Made by a program: the position numbers and the translations under genes
The notes under the pieces: generated by a model
Databases searched by the model: none
The model's input: the letters and a program-made list of their open reading frames with translations, nothing else
Told to the model about the DNA's origin: nothing
Shown: positions 1-10,904 of the stretch, one piece after another
Layout: each line of letters starts with the position of its first letter
Numbering within the stretch: the first letter of the stretch is position 1
NCBI GenBank assembly: GCA_965240325.2
Contig: OZ251232.1
Coordinates: 1,736,001-1,800,000 of the forward strand
Source of the DNA: Rebecca billardiae RCC1528
Lineage: Eukaryota; Protista; Haptophyta
DNA length: 64,000 nt
Direction of reading: 5' to 3'

Positions 1-28
1 ACTGCTGCTCGCGCAGCGCGCGCCGCGT

Positions 29-66
<38 letters not shown>

Positions 67-2407
67 GCGCGCGCGCGCCCTCGAGCGGAGCGCTCACGCG
101 CCCGTCCGCCATCACCGCGACCGAGCTGCTGGGCCACTGCTGCTCGTGCGCGGCGAGGTCCTCGCGCGTGAGCGCGCCGAGGGTAAGGGCGAGCGGCGGC
201 CGCTCGACCGCGAGCGCCTCGCCCTGCCTGCGCGCCCGGTGCGCGCGCGCCCCGCTCGGCGCGCGCTCGGCCGCGAGCGCCTCGCCGTGCCGGCCGCCGT
301 GATGCGCGCGGTGCATCTGCCGATCCTGCACGTGCGCGTGCGTGCGGCGCTCGCGCTTGCCGCCGACGGCGAGCCCGCCGATCTCCTCGTCCTCCTCGCC
401 GTCCTCGTCGCCGTCCTCCTCGCCGTCCTCCTCCGCCCCCTCCTCGTCCCGGATGCACGTGTACACCCCGTCGTCCCTTGTGAAATTGTCAACGTACTTG
501 TTGGACTCGGGCGGCCAGCGCAGGTCGTATTTGCACGCGTACCAGTCTCGGAAGCCGGCCAGCCAGTCGACGTGGATGCGGAGGACGGAGGGGACGGCGG
601 TGAGCGCGCGCTCGGCGCGGACGACCGAGCGCATCGCCGCCGCCGACGTGATGTCCGTGTGCTGGAACACCAGCCACGCCTCCTGCACCTGCGAGCCGGA
701 CCAGTAGCGCTCAAGGTCCTCGACGTAGTTGAGAATGGGCGAGTCGGCGGCGAGTGTCGAGCGGAGGGGCAGGCCGACGCTCATGGTGGGGATGAGGAAG
801 GCGGCGATGAAGACGGGGAGGAGGAAGCCGACGATCACGCCGATCCGCACGCGCGGCTGCAGCAGCAGCCCCGGGTACGTCGCGCGCATCCACCGCTTGA
901 GCGGGCGCTCGCGCACGCCGGTGCCGCGCCGCATGCTCGACATGCACGCGGCCGCCTCGTCGTTGGGCGGCTTGTAGCACGGCACGCAGTCGGCGCGGCC
1001 CTCCTGCTGGCGCACCGTGTCGAGCACGAGGCACGCGCCGAAGAAGAAGATCTGCAGCAGGTACACCGCGAGCACGCAGAACCCCGCCGGGATGCAGAAG
1101 TTCGAGAGCGCGGGGAAGTCGACGAAGTAGGCGGTGAAGAACACGAACGCCGACGTGAACGACGTCACGGTGATCGTTGAGCCCGAGACGGCCATCGAGG
1201 AGGAGAGGCGGCGCTCGACGGAGCGCGACGGGTTGGTGTGCTCGAAGGCGGCGACGATGATGATCATGTCGTCCACGCTCACGCCGAGCAGCGTGAACAC
1301 CACGATCGGGTTGATCGGCTGGAACGGCACGCCGACGAGCGCGCCGAGACCAAAGCCGGACGCCATCGCGAGCAGGACGCACGCGGCGCACGTCGTGCCG
1401 AGCAGCATGCGGCTGGTGCGCACGTCGTACGTGACGCCGCCGAGCGCGAGGCAGACGTAGAGCATGATGAACACCATCGCCAGCGCCATCAGGTACGAGT
1501 CCTTCTTCACGAACGACGACGCCTCGTCCTCCATGAAGAGCGCAGACCAATACGAGACGGTCAGGTAGGGGTCGTTGGCGTTCACGTCGTCGAGCACGTC
1601 GCGCAGCGCCTTGTCCCACGCGGCGGTGCCGCCGTCGTGGTAGTGCGAGACCGAGACGTTGAAGAAGTACTTGAGCTGCAGCGCCTCCGCCGTGATCGAC
1701 GCCTCCTCGTCCTCGTCGTCGTCCGCGCCGCCGTTCGGCCTGGGCCGCCGCACCGCCGAGTAGCCGCCGAGGTCGATCTCGTGCGCGGCGTGCGCGTCCT
1801 CGAGCGTGCCGTCGACGTCGTCGTCGTTCTGCAGCTTGTCCGCCGAGTAGCCCCACTGCTCGAGCGGCGAGAGCACCGCGCAGATGTACTCGCCCGCGAT
1901 CGAGACGTACCGCTGCGAGCACACGTCGTGCATCGTGAGCACCGACCCGTCCGGCCCGACCGCCGTGATGTTCTGGATGCGCTCGTGCAGATGCATCGCG
2001 GCGAGGAGGAAGTCCTTGTTGACGATGGTCGAGCCGGCCTGCTTGTGCTTCGCGATGAGGATGCCCGGCTCGTCCCACATCCCGAACGTCGACGAGATGT
2101 ACTGGCGCTGCTTGGCGAGCGGCGAGTGTTGAGGAATGTAGAGGTTGACCGGGTCAGCCTCAAAACGGATGAGGAGGAGGCCGCTCGAGCAGATGAGCGC
2201 GACGAGGAGGGACAGACCGATCGACGTCTTCGGCCGCGTGCCGACGAACATACCCACCTTTTTGAACAGCGCCGCCACCGCCCTCTCGATCATGCCATGC
2301 TGGTGCGGCGTCACCTCCGCGCTACGCGACGCGAGCTCTACGCTCGACGTCGACTTGAGCAGCGCGTTGCTCGGCTGCTGCCGGACCTCGGGGGGCAAAT
2401 CGGCCAT
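1..2407 (-). CDS. Patched/NPC1-family (RND) sterol-sensing-domain membrane protein; 3' part runs off the window start
   Basis: Absent from the ORF track (no stop in window). Manual translation from ATG 2407: MADLPPEVRQQ..., first TM (IGLSLLVALICSSGLLLIRFE), then an SSD with GxxxDD: VFTLLGVSVDDMIIVAAFEHT...SGSTITVTSFTSAFVFF...FPALSNFCIPAGFCVLAVYLLQIFFFGACLVLD. Probable intron donor (GTGAGC) near position 98. Confidence 0.85.
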
Positions 2408-3615
2408 GTCGCTCACAGGCCGCCCGCCACTCACACCCGCTGATCCGCCGCGAGCCAGCCGCGGCGCGCGCGCCGATTGGTGGCACGAGCCGTCCGACCT
2501 GCTGCCGCGTTTTGCGCCACTCAGACCGCGAGGATTCTCCCCTCTTGATGCCTGCTGCCCAACGTGGGGCGCGGGCGGCCGCCCTTCGTGGAGGCGCTGC
2601 ATTCCTCCCGCCCATTTCAATTCAAGGCGGCCTGGTTCTTTGATGACTCGCAGCGTGCATCCAGAACGGAGATAGAATGATGATGAATACTACTCGACCA
2701 CTCGAAACCATCAGTAGCAGCAACTACTACAGTCAAAAGGCCGGCCAAAGGGGGGTGGACCGGCAGGTGGAGAAGATTCATATGATTTGATGATGCTGAT
2801 CCTTCAAATCGGTCTGTGACGAAATGCAGCGCCAGGCTTCGGTGTAGATCCGTTCCGTAAACGAGCGCCAGGAGTGACAACGACCGCGCGAGATCCATTC
2901 TCTTCTCTTGGCGGCAATCTGCGCCTTCTGAGATCGCGGTCGATCGAATCAAGGTCAGCTGGCCCGGGCGTGAACACGAGGTCGAGCGCGAATGAGGTCG
3001 AGCCCCGCCGATCTGCGCCAAGAGCGCATCTGAGCTGGGGTGTGTGTGTGTACACAACACTACGCCCATCGAATGCACCACATGGACGGTGCTTCAAAGC
3101 CACGGACGAAACAGCGCTGTAGTCTTTTGCCCGCCATGCGACGCATTCGCCGCTGGCATCAGAAAGCTCCGATCGATAGCATCGGCGTGTGAGCACGGTG
3201 GCTCTCTCTCTTCCTCACGAACGGGTGATGCTATTTCCAGATGGACCTCCCACGCGTGCCCGCCATCGCGTGCACAACGACGTGGTAGTGAGCCGGGGGG
3301 ATGCTTCGTGGTGATCAAGCCTCACTTGGGCCGATGCTCAACGGTTTGAGCGCGCGACGCGCAATCTTACCATCTACGAGTATGCTCAGTCCGCGCGGTA
3401 GTCACGCCCGTACGACTTTTTGACCGGTGTGCCGCCCGGCGCTGCCGTATTCCCAGGGCGTGCGAATCCGCCTCACTACCGCGTCGCGACGAGGCGCGCC
3501 GCGGTGCGTCCCGCTGGTTGCCACAGGGACGCTCGGTGGCCCGGATTGCGCACGAGCTTTGCCGCCGCAGCATCCATCTGGTTGAAGGTGTGGCCCGGAC
3601 TCCCAGTGGATCTAG

Positions 3616-3709
3616 TACAGTTTACTAAGAATAAGAGACGCACACAGCTCAGGCAGGCGAGATACAGTTTACTAAGAATAAGAGACGCACACAGCTCAGG
3701 CAGGCGAGA
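3616..3709 (+). repeat. Two tandem copies of a 47-bp unit, with an identical third copy at 47211-47257
   Basis: TACAGTTTACTAAGAATAAGAGACGCACACAGCTCAGGCAGGCGAGA at 3616, 3663 and 47211. Confidence 0.9.
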
Positions 3710-3771
3710 TTACAGTATTGGCTGGTAAGCGAGCGGCCGGCGGTCAACCTCGGACCGACGACTCTGCGCTG

Positions 3772-4896
3772 ATGAAGTTCCTTGGCGGGTCGTCGTCGGC
3801 GCCCTCGTTGGTGGGAGGCGCGATTGTTAGCGTCGGGCCGCTCGGCATGCCCTTTAGGACCATCGATCCGTTCCTCTTCGCCGTCTACCACGACGACAGC
3901 TACCCACACGGGGAGGAGTCGATGGGCCCACCGAAGGAGCTCCTGCGCGGCCGGATGCTCGGCCAGGACTTTGGCTCGCGCACCGGCTGGAACATGTACC
4001 ACGGGAAGAAGGTGCCGGGCTTCCCGAAGCATCCGCATCGAGGGTTTGAGACGGTCACTCTCGTCCGCCACGGCGTGGTCGACCACTGCGACTCGCTGGG
4101 CTCGTCAGGCCGGTTTGGCGAGGGTGGCGACGCGCAGTGGATGACTGCTGGTCGGGGAATCTCGCACTCGGAGATGTTCCCGCTGCTCAACCGGGACGGG
4201 CCGAACCGCCTCGAGCTCTTCCAGATCTGGCTCAACCTCGAGCGCGCCAACAAGATGCAGGAGCCGCACTTCAAGATGCTCTGGCAGGAGGACATCCCCA
4301 CGGCGGTCGTGAAGACGGACGGCGCGGATGGCGCGACGACCACCGTCGCCGTCGTGACGGGGCAGGGCTTCCTCGACGCGGAGGGCGACGCCAAGGTGCC
4401 CAGCCCCCCGCCCGCCTCGTACGCTTCCAAGGGCGAGGGCTCGGACGTGGGCATCGTGACCATCACCATGGACGCAGGCGCGAAGTACGTTCTCCCCGCC
4501 GCGCGCGGCGGCGACGCCACCAAGCGCAAGCTGTTTTTCTTCAAGGGGCCCAAGCTGAGCGTGGATGGGAAGCTGTTCGAGTCGCACTCGGGCATCGAGC
4601 TCCGAGGTGGCGCGACCGTGGGTCTCGAGGCCGCGGGCGACGAGCCCGTCGAGCTGCTGCTGCTGCAGGGCAAGCCGATCGGCGAGCCGGTGGTACAGCA
4701 CGGCCCGTTTGTGATGACCTCGCGCGAGGAGATCATCCAGGCGTTTGAGGACTACCAGAAGGACGAGTTTGGCGACTGGAAGTTTGAGAGCGAGGCGCCG
4801 GTGCACCCGCGGCAGGCCGAGCGCTTCGCAGTCCACGCGGATGGCAAGCGAGAGGAGAAGCCATGGGCGGTGGCTGCCAAGCAGTCCGAGCCATAA
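3772..4896 (+). CDS. Pirin-family bicupin protein
   Basis: Motifs DPFLF, GFPKHPHRGFETVT, HCDSLG, QWMTAGRGISHSE, GKPIGEPVVQHGPFVM. First ATG at 3772 (the track starts at an upstream TTG). Confidence 0.95.
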   Translation: MKFLGGSSSAPSLVGGAIVSVGPLGMPFRTIDPFLFAVYHDDSYPHGEESMGPPKELLRGRMLGQDFGSRTGWNMYHGKKVPGFPKHPHRGFETVTLVRHGVVDHCDSLGSSGRFGEGGDAQWMTAGRGISHSEMFPLLNRDGPNRLELFQIWLNLERANKMQEPHFKMLWQEDIPTAVVKTDGADGATTTVAVVTGQGFLDAEGDAKVPSPPPASYASKGEGSDVGIVTITMDAGAKYVLPAARGGDATKRKLFFFKGPKLSVDGKLFESHSGIELRGGATVGLEAAGDEPVELLLLQGKPIGEPVVQHGPFVMTSREEIIQAFEDYQKDEFGDWKFESEAPVHPRQAERFAVHADGKREEKPWAVAAKQSEP

Positions 4897-5262
4897 TATG
4901 ATGGGTCGTCATCACGTCATGCTGACGAGTCGGACGATGATCGGCGCCGTTGCAGTGCGCAACAGGCTGTCCCGTGTCCGCGGTGGCGAGTGCAACGTCA
5001 GTCACGCGTAGTGTCAATGTTGCAGTCATTATATCATCATCGATCTGCTCGTTATTTGATGATCATGCATGTGCGCATGACTACGACGACGACGCGATGA
5101 TATTATCACTCGTATGTATCGTCATACGTTGACGTCGCGTCGCGAGTCACTCGTAAACTGAAACGTGATGATGCCGATGACGATGATGATGATGACACTG
5201 ATGCCGATCGAAGCGCCATCACCAGCTGCGACGGTCTGTGCGCCGTGCATAGCACCGCTCAC

Positions 5263-6159
5263 TCATGGCTCGTGGTTCGGCTCCAGGGCCGTCGGGCCGC
5301 TGACGCTCCCGGCCGTGGCACTGCCTGCCCGGCCGGGCCAGCGCGCGCAGATGACGTAGTCCTCTCCAAACGTGAGCTTGCCTCCTGGCTGCTTGCCCAG
5401 GCGCTGGCGCATCATGCGCTCGGTGTCGTCGATGTGCTTCGAGAGCGCCGCCGCGAGCTCCTTGCCGGAGCGCGCCTCCACCACCTCGAGCCGCGAGCGC
5501 GCCGTGCGCAGCTCCTTCATCAGGTCAGCGGGGGTGTAGATGATCGGGAAGCGTCGCACCAGCCCCGGCTTGGCAAAGCCGGCGCGCTCGAGGGCGCGCA
5601 GCACCCAGGTGCGCGGGTATTCGCGGTACGCCCGCTGGCCGGCGTGCAGGAACATCGCGTCGCGTAGCCTCGCGCACTTGCACACCACGTCCCCCGGCTC
5701 GGGCGCCGAGTTCGGAATCGGCTCGAGGCCGACCACTACGAGCAGCCCGCCAGGCACGACGTGCGCGGAGAGCCGCTCGAAGAGGAGGTCCTGCTGGTAC
5801 GGCGTGAAGCCGTCGAGGGAGCCGAGCAGGTAGTCGGCGAGCACCACGTCGAACCGCTCGCCGCGCAGCGCCAGCGGGTCGTCCCACGAGGTGCGAACGA
5901 CCCGGCCCGGCGGCGCGTCCGAAGGCGCTTCTGCGACCACCGCGCGCACGTCCTGCTCCATCGACGCGCTCGCGGTGACGGCAGTCCACGAGCCGACCCA
6001 GCGCGAGCGCAGGAGCCAGCTCATCGATGCCCGCCCGGTTCCAGCGTCCAGCACGCTCAGCGCCGGAGGGTCGTCCTCACCCTCCCAGATGTGCCTCGCG
6101 ATCGCTCGGAAGATGGTGTCGCCCGGCTCGCTCGCGCCGCCCATGGGAGCGGCCGACAT
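5263..6159 (-). CDS. Class I SAM-dependent methyltransferase
   Basis: Motif I VLDAGTGRAS; motif II-like ERFDVVLADYLLG; VVPGGLLVVVGLEP. First ATG at 6159. Confidence 0.8.
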   Translation of the reverse strand: MSAAPMGGASEPGDTIFRAIARHIWEGEDDPPALSVLDAGTGRASMSWLLRSRWVGSWTAVTASASMEQDVRAVVAEAPSDAPPGRVVRTSWDDPLALRGERFDVVLADYLLGSLDGFTPYQQDLLFERLSAHVVPGGLLVVVGLEPIPNSAPEPGDVVCKCARLRDAMFLHAGQRAYREYPRTWVLRALERAGFAKPGLVRRFPIIYTPADLMKELRTARSRLEVVEARSGKELAAALSKHIDDTERMMRQRLGKQPGGKLTFGEDYVICARWPGRAGSATAGSVSGPTALEPNHEP

Positions 6160-6342
6160 GCGCGCACTCGGAGAGTGGGACGGATTCGAGAGATGGCGAT
6201 GAGAGGGCCACGACTCGTGCGATGCGCTCGCTGCGAGCGCGAGCGCGCGCGTGAGCGATGCGCGGACGAATGACCGCGTGATGCACAGCACGTTCGGGAT
6301 GCGCGGTCGCGCCCGCGCGGACGCGTGACCGAAGACTCACTA

Positions 6343-8266
6343 CAGGTCGCTGCTTCAACTTTCGGACCCGATTGGTGTTCACTTTTTGTGCACGATGGCG
6401 GCGGCGCCCCCGGGGGTCTGCGGCGCTCGAGATCGCGTCTGGCGGCACCCCCAGGGTGTGCCTGAGGTACAACCCAGCGGGTATGTACCATTTAGACGAC
6501 TTTGTTCCACTACCATGTGCCCCACGGACGCCACGAGGTCCACGACGGGGCCGCCGACGGCATGCTTCAACTTTCAGACCCGCGGGCTCTCAGCGCGCGC
6601 GCCGAGTCAGAGCCGCTGTCTGGTGAGCCGTGTGAGTCGGGCTAACGGCATCATGCACTCTAGATACCACATACATGCAGCAGACCACCTCAGGGATTCA
6701 CTAGGCTTCCGCGCCACCGCCAGCCGGCGCTGCGGCTGCGCGGCCAGCACGGTCGACGACGACAGCTCATACTGACGCGGCGGTGCCCGGCGCGGCCGGC
6801 GCCGGCGCCGATTGCTTGCGAGCTTCCGAGCACTCGGCCTTCTTGCACAGCCACCCTCGGAGATCGATCTTCTGGCACGTCGGGCAGCGTCTCGCCTTCG
6901 CCATCGGGCAGGGCGACACGCCGCACGAGCAGGTCTGGTGACAGCGGTCGAAGCTCGCCGCGAGCTCAGCAGCAGCTGCCTCCGCCTCCGCCTTCTTCCG
7001 CGCACGCTCGGATGCGGCCGCCGCCTTGCGCGCCGCCTCGGCCTCCTTCTGCGCGGTCTGCGCGGCCTTCTGCGTGTTGATCTCACGCAACGACCACGAG
7101 CCGTTTTGGCTGTCGAGCCGCGTGTTGTCCGGCTTCGGCGCGGCGAGCTCCACGGCGGGCACTGGAAGGACACCGAGCTGGTCTGCGAGCTCACCCGGGT
7201 CGAACCTCACCGCCTTGCGCACCGCGGCGAGCTCGGCGTCGTGCTCATCACGCTCGCGCACGAGCTTGGCGGCCTGGCGGCCGGAGTACTCCTTGGCGAG
7301 CTCGAGCTTGGCGCGGAGGGCTGGAGCAGTGTTCGAGCGCATCCCCGCAGGCGTGGCTGTGAACGCACTAAACGTAGGTGATGCGTGCGCGCCAGAGGGC
7401 TCGCCGTCGTCGGCCGAGCGCGCAGCCCCGCGCTCCGGAGTGCTTGGCGCCGCTGCCGGCGCCGCCGCCGCGAGCGACGCGGCATCGGCCTCCTCCTCTT
7501 GCCGCCTGCGCTCCGCCTTCGCCTGTGCGGCATCGAGACGATCCACGAAGTCCTTCCTGTTGATCTGGTCCGGGTCCAACACGTTGCCCGTGATGCCCAC
7601 CTTGCGCCACGCGTTGATGATGTCAAAGGTGTCACACCACGAGAACCACGCACCCGGCGTGGACAGCTCCTCACAGCCGCCGAGGATCTGGAGGAACTCG
7701 CGGAGGCCGATCGTGGGCTCCTTGCCGTAGCTCGCCGTGTACGCGTGCTTGAAAGACGCCAGGCCCTTCTGGTATTGCGAGTGGAACTTGTGGTTGTACT
7801 GATCGAGAGCCTTCACGGTGCGTGCGGCCGCGCGAGGGCGGAGAGGTGATTGTGCGCGCGTCGCGCGCGCGCGCCGGGCCGATTGCACGCCAGGTACACC
7901 CGGGGCACGCGCGCGCGCCGGAGAGGCGCTGCAGCCGTCCGCGCGCACGGGCGCCTACCTGTAGGAAGTGCGACGTGTTCGGCTCCTCGGTGAAGATGCG
8001 GATGCCGAACTCGGACTCAGCAGTGCCGAGGGCTGCGAGCACGTCCTCCGTGTACCGCGACGAGTGGTTGTCGAGCAACAGCACGATCGGGAAGGCGATG
8101 GGCTCCAGCCCCGCAGCCACCAGAGCTGCGTTGAGGTCACCAGACGCGCCGACAGGCCGCCTAGCCCTGCCGCGCGGCGCCCGCCACACAGCAGCCGCTG
8201 CGCGAGGTGCGTCGCCATCGCCGGGTCTGAAAGACGAAGCAGTCCGAAAAACGAAGCAGCGACCTG
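6343..8266 (-). mobile_element. pogo/Tc1-mariner (DDE_1) DNA transposon, internally deleted, 1924 bp
   Basis: ~25-bp TIRs (CAGGTCGCTGCTTCaactttCGGAC; right end reverse-complemented CAGGTCGCTGCTTCgtttttCGGAC). TA at 6341-6342 and 8267-8268. Subterminal TIR-like repeats at ~6564-6583 and ~8222-8241. Confidence 0.9.
6767..8150 (-). pseudogene. 5'-truncated DDE_1 transposase with one intron (7811-7958) and a C-terminal Cys-rich finger
   Basis: IVLLLDNHSSR...GIRIFTEEPNTSHFLQ|ALDQYN matches the DDE_1 LDxHxSH...PxTSHxLQPLD signature across a GTAGGC...AAG intron. No N-terminal HTH or first catalytic D is present. C-terminus CHQTCSCGVSPC...CPTC...CKKAEC. Confidence 0.8.
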
Positions 8267-8414
8267 TACCAGTTTTTCGCGGCAGCGGACGATGACACGA
8301 TGTCGTGCTTTTTTGCCCCGCCATCATTTCCTTTTCTTTTTTTGCATGCACAGTAAGTAACTACTGACTGTGCCTCGTCGACGGTGCCCGAGCAGCGCCG
8401 CGCGCTCCAAGAGC

Positions 8415-9950
8415 TCACGTCGCTTTGCCGCCCCTCGGGCGTCTGCGCCAGGCGCCCGACCTCGCGTCAGCGTCCGCACTCGCCGCATCACGCCACGCGC
8501 CGGCCGGCGAGGTTCGCCCCTTGGACGCCTCGCCGCCAGCCTGCGCGACGGCGGCGCGAGTGTTGCGCTGCGCCGTCTCGCACGACGGCCGGGATGCTGC
8601 CGAGTGGTCGCCGTCGCCAGAGCTCGCGACGCTCGCGCCGTCGTCCTGCGGCGTGCCCCGACGGTGCGAGTACAGCCCTCGCAGTCCAGCCGGCAGCGGC
8701 GGGCGGCCGCCTCCGCGCGTGTCTGGCCTGAGCATGCACAGCGACTCGATCGAGCAGAGCGGCTCAGCCGCGCCGGCAGCGGACGGCGCGCGCGAGAGGC
8801 GCGCGAATGAGTCGCGCGAGAACGAGCGCCGGAAGCTCTTGCCCCGGTACAGCGCCTGGATGCGCAGCGCCGCCGCCGTGCGCCCCAGTCTGTTCTCGCG
8901 TCGGAAGTCGTTCCAGTGCCGCTCAAACGTCTCCGCGTACTTGTGCACAAAGTAGGCGTCGTCCGTAACCAGTAGGTTCTCGCAGTTGCGCTCATGCGCT
9001 GCGTGCGTCCAGTTGAAGGAGCCGGTGAGCAGCGCGCGCGCGTCGACCACCGCGAACTTGTGGTGCATGTGCCGCTCGCGTGGCGGCTCGGTGCCCGGCC
9101 TGTCCCGACCGTCCTCCTCCTCGCCCACGACCGTCGGGATGCCGGCCTCGACCAGCCGGAACACGACCGAGCCGGTGTCGAACGCCTTCTTGTCGTCGGT
9201 GATCAGCCGCACGCTCACGCCGCGGCGGTGCGCCGCGGCGAGCTGCGCGCCGATCTCGCGGTCCGTCACCGTGTACACGCACACGTCGATCGACGTGCGC
9301 GCGCCGCGCAGCACGTTGAGCACGTACGCGTACGCGTCGCGCGACGGGAAGAAGAGCGCCGCGCGCGTCTCTGGGTGCGGCCGTGTGTGCACTCGCAGGA
9401 GAGACGTGAGCACGCAGCCGCCGATCGCGAGCACGGTGCGGCTCGCGTCCACGTCGGCGCGCAGCCGCTCGGCCGTGGCGCACATGACGGCGCGGAGCAG
9501 GAAGTGCAGCTCGCGCGGCTCGGGGCGGGTGCCGAGGCCGACCACGCGCGTCTCGATCGTGCGCGCGAGCTCAATGTTCAGCTGCGCCTCGTCGAGCACG
9601 CCGCCGACGAAGCGGATGAAGCCGTCGAGCTCGCGTGGGGTCGGCTCGCACGCCAGCGAGCCCCGCACAAACAGCGGTGCGGAGGAGGGTGGCGGCGCCG
9701 GCGGCAGCGCCGCCGCCTCTGCGGGCGGTGCCTGCGCGGGCGGCGCCTCTGCGGACGGTGCCTGCGCGGGTGCTTCGTCCTGGGGCTCACGCAGCAGGGA
9801 GCCGGGAGGCGGCGGCGGCGGCAGCGGCTGCGCGGGCGCCTGGTCGCGACGTTTGCGAGGCTTGGTCACCGCGAGCGCGGCAAGCCACCCGGAGAGGAAT
9901 GCCAGCCCGAGGGCCACCAGCTGCACGCTCGCCGCGTCGGCCATCATCAC
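8415..9950 (-). CDS. Single-HKD phospholipase D/nuclease, PLD6 (MitoPLD/Zucchini)-like, with N-terminal TM and C-terminal IQ motif
   Basis: ARTSIDVCVYTVTD, GVSVRLITD, HMHHKFAVVDARALLTGSFNWT...NCENL; N-terminal VQLVALGLAFLSGWLAALAV; IQ motif AALRIQALYRGKSFRR. Confidence 0.85.
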   Translation of the reverse strand: MMMADAASVQLVALGLAFLSGWLAALAVTKPRKRRDQAPAQPLPPPPPPGSLLREPQDEAPAQAPSAEAPPAQAPPAEAAALPPAPPPSSAPLFVRGSLACEPTPRELDGFIRFVGGVLDEAQLNIELARTIETRVVGLGTRPEPRELHFLLRAVMCATAERLRADVDASRTVLAIGGCVLTSLLRVHTRPHPETRAALFFPSRDAYAYVLNVLRGARTSIDVCVYTVTDREIGAQLAAAHRRGVSVRLITDDKKAFDTGSVVFRLVEAGIPTVVGEEEDGRDRPGTEPPRERHMHHKFAVVDARALLTGSFNWTHAAHERNCENLLVTDDAYFVHKYAETFERHWNDFRRENRLGRTAAALRIQALYRGKSFRRSFSRDSFARLSRAPSAAGAAEPLCSIESLCMLRPDTRGGGRPPLPAGLRGLYSHRRGTPQDDGASVASSGDGDHSAASRPSCETAQRNTRAAVAQAGGEASKGRTSPAGAWRDAASADADARSGAWRRRPRGGKAT

Positions 9951-10193
9951 GCGCTTGATGAAGCCGGCGGCGACGACGGCGGCGGCCGGCCGAACCGGAT
10001 GTTCTGCCCGTTTACCCGCGGTCCGATCGGCGAGATCTTGTTGATTCGAGATCGTACCGGTTCAAGATCTGACCCGCGACTGCGAGGCCGCCCGCCAGCG
10101 CCCGCCCTCCCGGCCGGCCGGGGGCCTGCGCGCTCAGAGGCGCCACTGCGCGACTTAAAATCAACCCTTCATCGCCAGAGCAGCGGCCTGAAC

Positions 10194-10904
10194 ATGGGAG
10201 TATGCCACTCCACGGGTGCCAACGCGGACGAGGCGTGGTCCAGCATGCCTCAGAAGAAGGTGGACAAGTCCATGAACGACGCGGTCGCCACCAAGATGGA
10301 GCGTGTCCCCGAGCTCGATCGCGAGCGCGAGTGGTCTGCGGCCGAAATCGCGGCGCTCTCGAGCACCGAGCAGCCATGGGAAACGGTCACCGATGACCCC
10401 CGCGGTTTGCGCTTTGACTACCCGACGGCATGGCAGTTGGTCGGTCCGCGCACCATTGGCGTGTCGCGCTACGAGCGGCTGGTGCGAACCGCGCACGTGC
10501 TCAACAAGACGCACATCCGCTGCAGCGCCGAGATGTCCATAGGCTTCGCACACTTCAACCCCAAGAAGCCGCGCCAGAAGATCTCGCTCGAGACGTACGA
10601 CAAGATGACGGCCCAAATCGAAGCGAGCTCACGCAAGGTCGAGGGCTGCATCCTGCTCACGAGCGAGAAGCTGGATGCGGGCGTGTTCAAGGGGAGCAAG
10701 TACCCTGTGGTGCACACCATCTCCAAGTTTGCGCAGCCTGACGGCACGACGAGCCGCGTGGAGCAGTGGATGCTGCTGAGTGTGGACCGCACAACCCAGT
10801 GCGTGCTCACCACCTTCAACTCGGACCTGCCAGCGGCCGAGACGTACGGTGCGATGCAGCACCGGTTCATCAAGTCCGTCGAGCTGCCGAAGGGTCAGTA
10901 CTGA
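10194..10904 (+). CDS. 236-aa protein, probably N-myristoylated/palmitoylated, possible PsbP/Mog1-like fold
   Basis: The 3' part of the 636-aa ORF, from ATG 10194 (MGVCHS), has normal composition. GLRFDYPTAWQ and terminal RFIKSVEL resemble PsbP-like patterns. The upstream part of the ORF is antisense shadow of the PLD gene. Confidence 0.6.
   Translation: MGVCHSTGANADEAWSSMPQKKVDKSMNDAVATKMERVPELDREREWSAAEIAALSSTEQPWETVTDDPRGLRFDYPTAWQLVGPRTIGVSRYERLVRTAHVLNKTHIRCSAEMSIGFAHFNPKKPRQKISLETYDKMTAQIEASSRKVEGCILLTSEKLDAGVFKGSKYPVVHTISKFAQPDGTTSRVEQWMLLSVDRTTQCVLTTFNSDLPAAETYGAMQHRFIKSVELPKGQY

Noticed and set aside
146-2443. + strand ORFs of 344 and 401 aa, and similar long antisense ORFs at 8994-10193, 29747-31547 and 56569-58369
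   Set aside because: Antisense shadows of real genes caused by high GC3; no motifs.
2617-3600. Short ORFs between the SSD-protein and pirin genes
   Set aside because: No recognisable motifs or coding bias; treated as intergenic or decayed sequence.
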